Below are positions 1-11,660 of a stretch of DNA of 64,000 bases, piece by piece. A program made the translations under genes and the position numbers. Below the pieces are notes generated by a model. That model ran no database searches and was not told the origin of the DNA. It saw only the letters and a program-made list of their open reading frames with translations. Origin of the DNA: Lama guanicoe (lineage: Eukaryota); assembly GCA_013239625.1 (NCBI GenBank), contig MU056000.1, positions 14,099,787 to 14,163,786 on the forward strand. Reading direction: 5' to 3'. Positions within the stretch are counted from its first letter, which is position 1. Each line of letters begins with the position of its first letter.

Positions 1-1084
1 ACTTCTGTTGAATAGCACTGGGTCTAAATATATTACAATAATTCAACTTCCCCAACGGTTAAGTCATAAATTCAGACTTAAATTATTTGGAGTAGGTTGA
101 TTGTCACTAGCCCAGTATGTGCTTGAACAGTAGTCCAATAAATCTCAATGAAAAGATGTATACCTATTCCATAAAATGAATTTATCTTATTTTATACTTT
201 TACATATTTTGTTAATCAATGTAGAATTTTTTTTCAACAATGGATTGAAAAACTAGTGCCTAGAAATGGGGGTTTTAAAAGAGAGACCCTAAAATTTGAA
301 TTTGAAAAAATATTTAGGCACCTAAAATCACTATATAACTATACACAAGGAAGTCCTTTTTATAACAGAGCACAGAAACTGACTGAACTGTTGCCTGCAA
401 GTCTTGGGACTTGGACTTCCACATACTTTCCGAGTTTGCAGCTGTAGGGAATTGACCTGAATCCTAATTACATCATTTGTATCTCTGCTTTTACCTTTGC
501 CTGAAGCCTATTCTACTCGGCAGGTATGCAAGTTAGTAAATCACTTCCCATTATTAAACTAGTTTTGGATAGTTTCCTTCAATAGCCAGCAGGATACTAC
601 TAACCAATACAAACATTGCGTCAATCACTAATGCGATGAGAACAGTTCAGGATAAGTAGCATATTGAAGAATACATACATTTTTACATGCTATGGATTAC
701 TAATGGCTAGAGGGCAACGATTAAAAGGGCTGAAGAAGATGAACAGTTCTATGACAAATGAGCAAAGACTCCATTATTCACGTTAATTTATAGCCTTTCT
801 CTATCACTACTCCATCCTCTTGAATATGGGTCAGCTTCCTGTAAATAGTAAGGTTTTTTCTAAGAAAATAACTTCCTGGGTTAAAAGTTAACTGTGAAAA
901 GTACAATTCCTAATTTTAAATATTTTATTGTTACTTTTTTTTTAAAAACCACTTTATTGAGTGTGATTAACAGAAAAACACTATAAATATTTAACGTATA
1001 CACCTCAAGTATACATCCATGAACCCCCACCACAATCTATGCCATAAACATATCCTTCACATCTAAATTTTCTCCTTTCCTATT

Positions 1085-1085
1085 T

Positions 1086-1117
<32 letters not shown>

Positions 1118-1125
1118 ACTATTAT
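1085..1125. repeat. (TTA)n microsatellite
   Basis: Direct inspection. Confidence 0.9.
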
Positions 1126-1668
1126 TGAGACAGGAAGGAAGGCAGAAGAACACAACCATTAAAAGAATGACACAGCTGTTGAGAAAAACAAGATATGACA
1201 AAAGGTGGTTAGAATCAAGTAGGTCCAAGATAGCAGAATATCTGACTTCCTGTAGACCTTGAGCCTCATTATATGCTTACTGTAATACATTAGCATACTA
1301 AATGACATAACCATCAGAATCATGACAGGTACCATGATAGTTCCAAGGCTGTTCATAAAAGGCCAAAGAGTGGTCAGTGGCCCAATTCCTGGAAATCCCT
1401 GCCCCTTCCCCAAAATAGAACATTCCTCCTACTCCTTTGCTATAAAATTACCCAGTCCATAAAAACTAATCACTCCCACATCCCAAGGATGCTCTCACTT
1501 TCTGAGATGGTCTGCATTCTGCCTATGGAACCTGTACCTCTCCAAATATACTTGCTTTCATTTTACTTTGGCTAGGATCTTGAACTCTTTCCTAAGCAAA
1601 GCCAAGGACCCTCACCTGGCAGTCTGGGCTCCTATGCATCCCAGAACGTAATATTTCCTTCTCATGCA
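1126..1668 (+). mobile_element. Solo LTR, probably ERV1 class
   Basis: TG…CA ends, ~540 bp, TATAAAA at 1441, degenerate polyA signal/U5 (AAATATACTTGCTTTCA…TCTTGAACTCTTTCCTAAGCAAAGCCAAGGACCC); splits an L1 3' end. Confidence 0.7.
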
Positions 1669-1774
1669 TCATTACTATTATTTGTGATTAGAGCACAACA
1701 TAAATTCTACCCTTTAACAATCTCTTAAGTATACAATACAATGTTACTTTATTGTCACTCATGCTTCAGATTTC

Positions 1775-2930
1775 ACCAATCACTTCCTCCTCCTTGAGAT
1801 TTTTCTCCTTCCTTATGTCCTGCAGTTCCATTTCTGTTCTATGGTTTCTAATTCCTCTGCTGAACTTTATTTTCAAACTCTTTATGTAGACCTAGTTTTC
1901 TCTTTTCCCTTAAAACTTTTTGTTCCTCAGAATTCTATTGTGAGCCAGGAGTCCACATATGTTTCCCTAAAATTTTATGCAGGGCTTCAATCACCACTTA
2001 AACCCCAATGTTTCCCATTTCTACCCTTTAGACCACATCCTTCCTCTAGTGTTCTGCATCTCTCTATCCCTGGCTACCTGCAGGCCCATAAATCACCTGG
2101 GACATAGACTATCCAAACCTAACCCTGTCGCCCTCACTCCCAGACATGATCCTCCTCCTTTATTGTTTAGCCCCTCAATTTAATGAGAAGCTTGCCAAAC
2201 ATCTTCAAACAGCCCTGTATCTCCCTTTCTTGCAATCAATATACAAAAAATCTTGTCAATTATAAATCCTTAAAAAAATTTATCTATTTACTCTCTCCAA
2301 GTTGTCTGCAATTACCAAATTCAAGTCTAGATTTGGGCAATGATAGAGTATCCCCTCTGCCTTTGAACTTGTTTTATATGTCTCATGTGACTTCCCCCTT
2401 GAAAATCCTTCAATCCATTCTGAAACACTTCTGGATAAACTATAGTCTCCTTTGAATCTCCTACCTGGTACTCGGTGGCCTATCATGCTCTCTAGCTTCA
2501 TCCCCACTCCCACTTCTCCACATGTGATCTGTGCTCCAACTGCTGTTTTTGTGTGTCCTTAAATGCTACTTATTCAATTTTGATATGTCATTCCTCAAAT
2601 TCCATTGCAAGTCTCTCATAACTAATATACTTTCCCTGTCTCATTTTCTGTTGATAGCAAAATATTAGTACAAGGTCGTCCTCTTCTGGGGTTCCTTCCA
2701 TAAGTTGACCTAAGTCAAGAACGCCACTCATCTTCTTGCACCACCATCCCCAAAGCTTAGTGCTGTTACTGCAACACTAACATTGTGATGTGTTCACTTA
2801 TTCTTAAACTTGTCTACTCTTCTTGCCTTTATTCATCAATCACTGAGATTGTATATTTCATTAGTGTAATCTTCATATCTAGCACAACGCATGGCATGCT
2901 GTTAATTCTTTATTAACACTGAATTCATGT
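1775..2930 (+). mobile_element. L2 LINE, decayed 3' region
   Basis: Pyrimidine-rich L2-like tracts ending in TCTAGCACAACGCATGGCA…TGAAT. Confidence 0.55.
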
Positions 2931-3399
2931 TGAAGCAGTGACTTTTTCGAAGTCAAATAGGACTCTTGCAATCATCTCATCCATTCCCTTTATTAATGTG
3001 CATAATAATATTTGTTCTGAAAGTTTGATTTACCCAGGTCAAAAAATTACATAGTAGAAAAATCAAGGCTACCCATCCAATATTCCTTTCCCTATTTCTT
3101 GTTACTTATATACGTCTTACAAGTATGACTCAACTGTTGTCCTAAGTTGCTAATACATTATACCGACCATAAATACATTATCTCTTAAAACATTAGGGAA
3201 AAGTAAATGAGCCAATTATGCTCTATTAGTCTCAGTTTATAATATATTGGCTCCTTTACAGAAATTAGCCTACTTTTGATTTTTCTGAAATTCTTCCCTG
3301 TGATTCTATTGCTCATATAGAAGCAAGTGATTGCTTAGCAATAAATAAAACAAATATATTGATTCCACATTCTTCTTAAGTCAACAACGTCTTCACATT

Positions 3400-3916
3400 T
3401 CTCTAAATATGAAGCCCAAAATTATTTATTCAAGAGGACCTGTAACATCTATGCCCTTTTGGGTCCAGCCTTGTCTCTCTCTTCTCTACTTCTTATTCCC
3501 TAAATTGTAGGTTCCCAGTCTTTCTGAACCTCAAACCCACAAACTACTTCCCATCGTAGGATCGCTCTTTCACCATACACAGACTATGCACCACCATTCT
3601 CAAAAGTCATACACAAGCATAGGTTGAATTAGCTGCTATTCATTTTTTGAATTTGGTTGAATTAGCTCCTATTCATTTTTAGAAGCTGGCCTGTCCCTTC
3701 CTCAGAGAGTTCTTCCCAATCAAGGTTTTACACTACACACCAAGTACAACTTCTTTCATAATACTCGTCACAGTTTATAGTTGAACATTCCTTTATGTGA
3801 ATGTTGGCTTAATATCAATGTCTCCCAAGATATCTGCCTCATTCACCACTATATAAACAATTCTAGCATAGTGACCAAAACTGAGAGGTATTCAACAAAT
3901 TCTGAATGAATGAATA
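3400..3916 (+). mobile_element. L2 3' end
   Basis: Terminal CTAGCATAGTG…GGTATTCAACAAAT…TGAATGAATGAAT. Confidence 0.65.
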
Positions 3917-4624
3917 TAACCTAGTCTTCAAACTTTGTCAAAATAAACTCAGCTGTAATCAAGCTAAAGTTCCAAACAATGCAAACAAAAGAAAACACTA
4001 TTATTTTAATTTCTTATATTTTAGACTTTTTTATTTTTTAGTGTAGGATTTCACATCATATTTTTTCTAATGTCTATGAATGTAGTGAAATAAATTATAT
4101 ATAGGAAACATACATAATCCTAGAGGAAAGAAAGTGATTATATTTCACTCTGTGATTCTTGTAATAAATGCCTGGCATTTTCTTCATGAAACTTAAAAAA
4201 AAAAAAAAAAACTATGTCTTTGACTATTCTCCAGGCTCAACTTCCAAACTAAATGCCTTTGTTATTTGAGGCTTGGTGCAAATTAATGTTAAAATATTCA
4301 TTAGATAAAAATCAGTAAAATAATAAAACAGATTTCCTGAGAACATTCTAATATCTATGTTGAAAACTATTTATTTCCTTAGGTCCAATACCTGTTGAAA
4401 TAAATCAATCCATATCAGTTATGAAATATAATAGGATATTCAGAAAGTATATTTCTACTCTTATCTTTTTTGGGAACATTTGAATTTTTATTTCTACAAC
4501 TCCATGAAAATATTGAAGCATGGTAAAAACATACTATTTTTTCTATCCAGAAGAGACATTAAAAAGATCATCTAATCCAAATCTTGCTTTTATGTAAAAA
4601 AAAATCTTGAGGTAAGATATGATC

Positions 4625-7425
4625 ATAAAAATGGCAGACAAAGCTAATAAAGACACCTCTTACTAGAAACAGCAAAACCAGTGTGTTAAATTAAAAGTAC
4701 AATACAACTGAGATAGAAACATTGAGAGCTAATTCACTGACGAAAGGAAAAGAGAACTTAGTACCAAGAAGGTCATTTCCAACTGGCAGAAATTTGTCTT
4801 TAAGGGAAATTAAACTGGATACAGGCCATGGGCACCAAGATTTGGTTTTTATATCGCCTGAAGATTAGAATCTATTATTTTCAGTCTCCTCAAGGTATAG
4901 AATTAGAATGGAGGTATCCGAACAAAGCCAGACTGCTTGAAAACAAACTCCATGAAATCAAAATGAGCTCTCTACCCACCAGCTTTAAGAAGTAGCAAGG
5001 AAGCTTGTGGTCTGTTAAGAGCTCTTAGTAGAAAAAAGTTTCCTGTGATAAATTAAAACCTAAACTTGCAGCCTAGAAAAAAGATTCATTTTTGTGTTGC
5101 TAGTGTTCTTTTGTTACTGTTTCCATTAAACTTATGGATAAGAATCCATAGTTTAAAATTAAAAATTAATATTTATTCAGATTTTTCAAACTAAAGGGTT
5201 ATCAGGAAATAAAAAGGTAAGTTGCTCTCTATAAATATTTCTCAAGCTATATTTTAGAGGAATCCCACCAAAATCCTCATTGCCATTTATCACCCACTAT
5301 TGAAGACAGATGATTATAAAATTTTAAAAGGCATACCAGGATCAAATCTCTGTGACAGATAGTGAATAGACAAAGAAATATGCGAATTATTCAAGCACAA
5401 AAATAATAGTAGTTGAACAAGACTGTGAAATAGGTGGTCTGCCATAATTAAAGTCATAAGGAAAGAAATAAAGGTCAAAATGAAAGGACAGGTCACATAT
5501 AAAAAGGAGAAAAAGAACTAAAAAAAATCCAAGCTAATATTCATATTTAAGTCAAAGAATATACTTAACTACTCAACTTAGCTGAAGAGAGGATTAGAGT
5601 GCTAGAAATAAATCTTACAGAAATGATATCAAATAGAAGTTTTAGAATGAAACAATAAATGAGGAAAAAGAAATTCAAAGAAATAATGGATGCTATATTC
5701 CTATAAAGTGTAAGAATTCTAATAATCATACAAAAATACTGATTTCATTCTGCTATGGGCTGAAGTTTATACCATCAAAATATATATGTTGAGGTTCTAA
5801 CCCCTAGCACCTTATTTGAACATAGGATCTTTATAGAGGTAGTCAGGTTAAAATGAGGACATTAAAGTGGACACTAATCCAAAATGACTGATGCCCTTAT
5901 TAAAAAGGAAATTTGGACACAGATGCTTATAGAGGGAGAACATCATGTGAACACAAAGACAGCAATCTTCAAGCCAAGGAGAGAGGCTCGGAAAAGATCC
6001 TTCCCTCAGAAACTACAGAAGCACCCAAGGCTGCTGACAACTTGATTTGACATCCAGCCTCCAGAACTGAGAGACAATACATTTCTGCTGTTCAACCACT
6101 CAGTTTATAGTACTTTGTAATTGATGTTCCAGTTAATCAATACATAGATCAAGAAAAAGAAAACGAAAAAGAAAAAGAAAACCACCGCCTGCCAAAAAAA
6201 ACCCTTCAAAGCCGAGACACGTTAGTAAATCTACAGACCACAAAGGACACAGGTAATCCTGAAATCAACCTAAGGGAAAGAGGAAAACTTTAAAAAGGAA
6301 TTTCAGCAGATTTCTCATCACTTAACATGGAGTCCAGTAGAGAATATACCTTCAATAAAACAATGATGGAAAAAGTCATCCTAGAATCCTATACACAAAA
6401 AAAATGATGCAACACTAAAAAGAAAGATAACTTTTATTGCTTCGAGGCTAAATAGAAAAATAAAAGTAAAGGCTGTATATAAGCAAAAGAAAATCAAACC
6501 AGGAGAAAGAACAGGGATGGAAGCAATGGAGAACAATAATGTTGGTAAACACGGGTACATCTCAGCAACACTGAATGTCTAAATGATTTTCATAGTAAAA
6601 AAATCTGGAAAGTAGATTATAAAAAATTAAGGAAACAAGATTATAACATGAAACAGGAGAAAGTGTTTAAACAGCCGAAGATATTTGTATTGTTTAGGAT
6701 AGTTGTAAAGGCATCAATTTTAAGCTTTATAAAGTACATGTTAAAAAGAAATTGGGCATAGTCATATTTCAGTAAAAAGTAAAAGAAACCTAAGAAGTTT
6801 GAAATAGAAGTCAAGGGAGTAAAATGTTAAGTATGTTAAACATAAATAAGTATATACTGAATACATTAATACTAGTAACAGTAAGAAAAATAATGAGCAA
6901 TTGAATCATTTAAAAACAGTTTGGCTTAGTAAGCATGTAAAAATTAGAAAACACAATGATGTAATAAAATTTGGTCATTCTATGTCATTGTATAGGAGGA
7001 AGTAGACATTAAGTTATGATATGAAGTCAACAGTGCACAAAAACATTAAGATCAAGCACAAATGTCAAAATCTACAACATAAAACTTTCAAACCAATGAA
7101 GAAAAACACCAAAAGAAGTCATTACAGTGGAATAAAAGGAGAGAAAAAAAAACAAACAGAAAACAGTAAAATACAAAATAGATTAATAATAAGTCCAAAT
7201 GGATTAAAAATCACAATAAACAATGGAATAAAGCCATTGCTTAGAAAAATAAATGATCAGATTGCATTAAAAAAAAACAACTAACTAAAAGTTAAGACTC
7301 ACCTACATGTGTATTATAAATGACACATGTAAAATACCATTATAGTGATGTAATGGTATGAACAATATATTCAAAAACATTTTGATCATGAGAAACGTTA
7401 TATAAGGATGTCAATATCAGATCAA
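4625..7425 (+). mobile_element. Old L1 (L1M-type) 5'UTR/ORF1/ORF2-start remnant, heavily decayed
   Basis: A-rich plus strand with AAAATGGCAGAC start, ORF1-like AGCTGAAGAGAGGATTAG, CAGCAGATTTCTCATCA and CCTAGAATCCTATAC; no intact frame. Confidence 0.55.
5751..6144 (+). mobile_element. MLT1A/B-type MaLR solo LTR inserted in the old L1
   Basis: TGCTATGGGCTGAA…GTTCTAACCCCTAG…AAGCCAAGGAGAGAGG…CAGCCTCCAGAACTGAGAGACAATACATTTCTG…AATACA. Confidence 0.85.
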
Positions 7426-7892
7426 AGCTGGCACTATTGCCATTTTGGGCTGGATAATTCTTTTTTGGTGGGGAAGGGGGGCTGTCCTGCGTGTTGTAGA
7501 ATGTGTAGCAGCATCCCTGCCTTTACTAACTAAATGCCAGTAGCGCCCCAGCCCTACTTACCACAACCAAAAGTGAGGTCCACGTTAGGACTTTCATGGA
7601 CCCTTGGCCCTTTTGCCTTTGTGGGTCTTCTTTTTTTCAATTAAAACACTAAGTTCTGTTTGCAATTGCATGGATATAAAAACTCATATAATATAGCCTG
7701 AATTATATTCATTTTCATATTTCATTCTTATTTAAAAATATATTAAAACATTTTTCTGAGCCTTTTAAGTATCTTTGACTATAGTGATTATGTCAACTAA
7801 AACTAACAGGCAATTTAGCTCGGGTGAAAGATGTGCCCAGACATTGCCAAATGCCCCCAGGGGTCAAAGTCACCTCTGGTTTAGCATCACTG
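7424..7892. mobile_element. MER20 (hAT-Charlie) split in two by a nested element
   Basis: GGCACTATTGCCATTTTGGGCTGGATAATTCTTT…GCAGCATCCCTG…ATGCCAGTAGC…CAACCAAAA, then resumes ATGTGCCCAGACATTGCCAAATG…GGTTTAGCATCACTG. Confidence 0.85.
7574..7824. mobile_element. MER96B-like hAT non-autonomous element nested in MER20
   Basis: GACTTTCATGGACCCTTGGCCCTTTTGCCTTTGTGGG…ATTATATTCATTTT…ATTAAAACATTTT matches my recall of the consensus. Confidence 0.6.
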
Positions 7893-9412
7893 ATACACAC
7901 AAACATACATATACACATGCACACAAACATGGATGGGTGTGTTTGTATAATAATATAAAGTTTGCAATGTGAATAAATACATATACTGTGCCCATAACAT
8001 ATTTTATGGTTTGTATTGATGTTTATGTTGATGACATTTAAAAAATATTTCAGTGTAGCATTAAGAAGCATTATATATAATGAATTATAAATATAAAATA
8101 TAAATAAATAAAATTATAAATATAAATGAATTATAAAATATAAAGTAATTCTATTAATTACTTTAAATGTTTTAAAATTTAAGTAAATGTCACTTTTCTC
8201 TAAAAATATAAACTTAGTGAAATCTGATTTCCTTAAAAAAAGTTTCTGTATCACTACAAATTAAATGAAGTAAATGCCAAATCAAATTCCTCTTTTATAC
8301 ACCCAATTTCTTATAGGACTGGATCTAAATAGTTAAATTTCCATGACTACTGAGAAAATTCTATATCCATATGGAACTGTGCGCCATAAATTAATTTCAC
8401 ATGACATCATGTCATCACATTGTCACTTGTATAAAATTCAAATGTCATGTTTTGATACAGGAAGTTTTTCATTTCAAAGAAGTTATGATAAAAATGTTCA
8501 TAAAATTATCATCTGGACAGTATTAGATGACAATTGGGACCTTTACTTGCTGTGCATTTAATTTTTAATTCAGAGTTCATGATGACATTAAAGCGGTCAT
8601 TTTTTTTCTGAAAAGCCTGAACCTTCTCATTCCTTTTTACATAATTTATTCTCTCTTTAACCTCAAAATCATTTATTTAATTTGAAGCTACAGTACTTCA
8701 TATTAAAAGAGATTTCAGAGTTCTTTTTTAAAGAAAGAAAAAGATGTCAAATAATGGCAGTAATAGGGGTGATGAGAGGGGAACCCCATGCACTATATAC
8801 TCGAAACTGATTTTCACTGAAGACTCGGGTATCTTACAGTTTGCTCTTTGGCACTGCCATAACGAATCCCTCTTCCCATGAAGAGGTCACTTACCTGTTT
8901 TGAGCACCTTCTATTACTTGAGGAATTTGGCAAGACGATTTCTTAGCTCCTTTATACTGCTACAATTCCTTTTTTACTCTCTATGTGTTGATGTTTTTAG
9001 CAGAGCAAGTTGTGAATAACTGCCTAGAAACTACACTTACCTACTCACACATATGGGACGTGGGTACAGAGGGGAGTAAGAGAGGTAGTTTCTGAGTAAC
9101 TAAATTCTTGATAGATAAAAGCAATATTTTCTACAGATGATAGTTTATATCTAGAAAAACTTCTAACAATTATAAAAATATACACCACAAATTAAAGGAA
9201 GTGGAAATAGCAGAATTCATTTCTTATTCTGAAAAAATCTAAGTTCTTATTAACTTTTATTATCAAATATATCTTTAATGTCAATATAGCCCAAACCCCA
9301 ATGTAAAATAGTTAACAAATTATATCTCTTAGCCTAAAGCACACTGCTAAGTAGTAACACACATTTTGGTGTTTTACCTTTTGTTTGTGATTTTTTTATT
9401 CTATTCTCTTTA

Positions 9413-9589
9413 TTTTTGTATTTTTTATGTTTATAAGTTTTTTTTTTAATTTTAACCTTATTTTTATTTTGGGGGGAGTAATTAGTTTTTTACTTACTTA
9501 TTTATTTTAATAGAGATACTGGGGATTGAACCCACTGCCTTCTGCATGCTAAGTATGGGCTCTACCACTTGAGCTATCCCCTCACCCTC
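9413..9589 (-). mobile_element. tRNA-derived SINE of camelid type
   Basis: Minus strand GAGGGGATAGCTCAAGTGGTAGAGC (A box)…GGGTTCAATCCCCAGTATCTC (B box)…AACTAATTACTCCCCCC + A-rich tail; TSD TATTCTATTCTCTTTA (9397-9412) / TGTTCTATTGTCTTTA (9590-9605). Confidence 0.9.
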
Positions 9590-10249
9590 TGTTCTATTGT
9601 CTTTAATTATCAGATAATGCAATGTGGATAATACCCACTGACAGATACCCTGAAGTAAGCATAGCACTTCCTTTATTTATTATACAAGAATGTTTGGCCA
9701 ATTAAAGAAATTATCTATAATGTTTTTAAAATGAAAATAATATGCATTTACGGAGAACACCTAGCTAATCACAAACAATTATCACTTGAAATATACAAAG
9801 TTTATTGCCAGTAATTGTGCGTTAAGAGACATTATTTCCAATGCATATCCTTAGTTAAATTCTAATAATTATGCATATTTTAATATCCCTAGCATGTACC
9901 AGTAAGAGTCAATAGACTTTGCAATTACAACACAAGGATACATTCTGTTGGTAAATATGAGACATATATGCAATACAGCCAATAGCTAAAGGCTAAAATA
10001 AGCATTCATATGTACTCTAAATTATAATTTCTGATCTCTAAAATAAGAAATTTCACTTCTACATGATTCTTTTTATTCGGTAAGTAATATTTTTCTAGCA
10101 CATGTGATAAACTAGATAAGACCTGAAGAATGCTTTTTTTATCTACTGCCACTAATTCTGAACAGCAATAGTCTCAACTATTAGAAGAATCCAAGTAAGA
10201 AAATATATAGTTTTAGTCAAAGGAACAGTAAGAATTATTAGATTAAAAT

Positions 10250-10850
10250 AATACATTTCTATAAAGCAAAAATTGTAGACCAAATCAAAAGACAAATGGC
10301 AACTGTGAAAAAATCATTGATAACATAACACTAGCAAAGAATTATTACATCTATTACATAAAGAGCGACTAGTATTACATGTTAAAAGACTAGCAAAAGA
10401 ATACAAAGCAAGGGCCTGAAGAGTCAGTTAGTATAAAAGAAATACTCATATCTCCTCAACTATGAAAAAGTGACCAATTTCACTCATAAGAGAAATGTAA
10501 GTTGAAAGTACACAGAGATGCAATTTTTCACTTGTTATATTTGCAAAATTCCAACTTTTACAATCCCACCTGTTGGCATTGCTGCAGAGAAATAGTTACT
10601 ATTATATAATCACCAAGAGAGGTGCAAGATACTCTAACACCTTAGGAGGAGGATCTGGTAATATCTACCAAAATTAAAGATGTATTTATTTTTGAATCAC
10701 AATTCCACTTCTGAAAATTTCTCCCACAGATATACCCGCATGTATGCTAAATGATGTGTGTCCGAGGACATTCGTTACACTACTGCATAATGCAAGAAAA
10801 CAACAACAGTGAAAACAAAAACACCAAGAGGTAATGAACATTCATTAAAA
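10250..10850 (+). mobile_element. Old L1 (L1ME-like) ORF2 3' fragment
   Basis: AAAAGACAAATGGCAACTG…TCACTCATAAGAGAAATG…CAATTCCACTTCTG. Confidence 0.65.
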
Positions 10851-11148
10851 TAATGATGGGAGAGGGAACACCAGTGTGAAATTGGGGAAGTAAAGAACCC
10901 TCAAAATTCTCACCTCCATGAAAGCAATGATTAGTGAGAGAGACTTTTGTCTGAATAACTTCAAATAATTATTACAAGTATTAACAATGACTGCAAAAAG
11001 TTATGGTTGAAGGAGCCCTTTTCTGTGAATTAGCACATCTGATCATTACAATAGGTATTGAGATACAGTCTGTGTAAATAAAGATGAAATAGTCTCAGAA
11101 TCTGCTTCCAAAGCATTCACAGTCTACGAGGTGAGGCAGATACCTTTC

Positions 11149-11477
11149 CAGGGGCTTCAAATGCCTTCTGTAATGGTCATTAGGAAATACTTTAGATTTT
11201 GCAGACCTTACTCTCTCTTATCACTACTCAGTCCAACCACTGTATCTTGAAAACAGCCACATGCAATACACAGATGCAAGTCTGGCTGTATTCCAATAAA
11301 ACATTGTTTATGGAAACTGAGGTTGGGCTTCATTTAATTTCTATGTGTCACAAAATAGTATTTAAAAAATTTTTAGTAGTTAAAAAATCTTAAAAAAATA
11401 AAATTTTAGTATGCAGGCAATACCAAAATCTGCAACTGGATGAGTCTGGTACACAGGCGGCTGTTTAACTGACCCAT
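11149..11477. mobile_element. MER58B-like hAT-Charlie element
   Basis: CAGGGG start, GGCTGTATTCCAATAAAACATTGTTTATGGAAACTGA core, TGACCC end. Confidence 0.8.
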
Positions 11478-11499
11478 AATCTAAACTATAAACCAAAGT

Positions 11500-11660
11500 T
11501 TATAACACACTTAAATTCTTCATAGAAAGGTCAAGCGAGATTTCTCAGTGTTACATTAAGGAGAAAGAAATGCAGGGGATTAAAGAGACTTGCCAGTTGT
11601 AAATACAGTTAATAAGCAGAGACGCCTTAACTGAAACCTGGATCTTTACTCACTAATCAG
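11500..11660 (-). mobile_element. MIR fragment
   Basis: GATTAAAGAGACTTGCC…ACAGTTAATAAGCAGAG…GAAACCTGGATCT. Confidence 0.5.

Larger units (their letters stand above)
935..1750 (-). mobile_element. L1 (L1MA-like) 3' end, interrupted by a (TTA)n tract and an LTR
   Basis: Poly-T followed by ACTTTATTGAGTGTGATTAAC…ATACATCCATGAACCCCCACCACAATC; resumes after 1668 with TTTGTGATTAGAGCAC…TCTACCCTTTAACAA…TACAATACA. Confidence 0.65.

Noticed and set aside
8895..9023. Possible 129-nt minus-strand poison exon (TTTCTAG|…CAG|GTAAGT, in-frame TAA)
   Set aside because: Poor polypyrimidine tract. Such pseudo-exons are common in long introns and there is no transcript evidence.
9510..9585. tRNA-like sequence on the minus strand
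   Set aside because: SINE head with tail and TSD; no complete cloverleaf.
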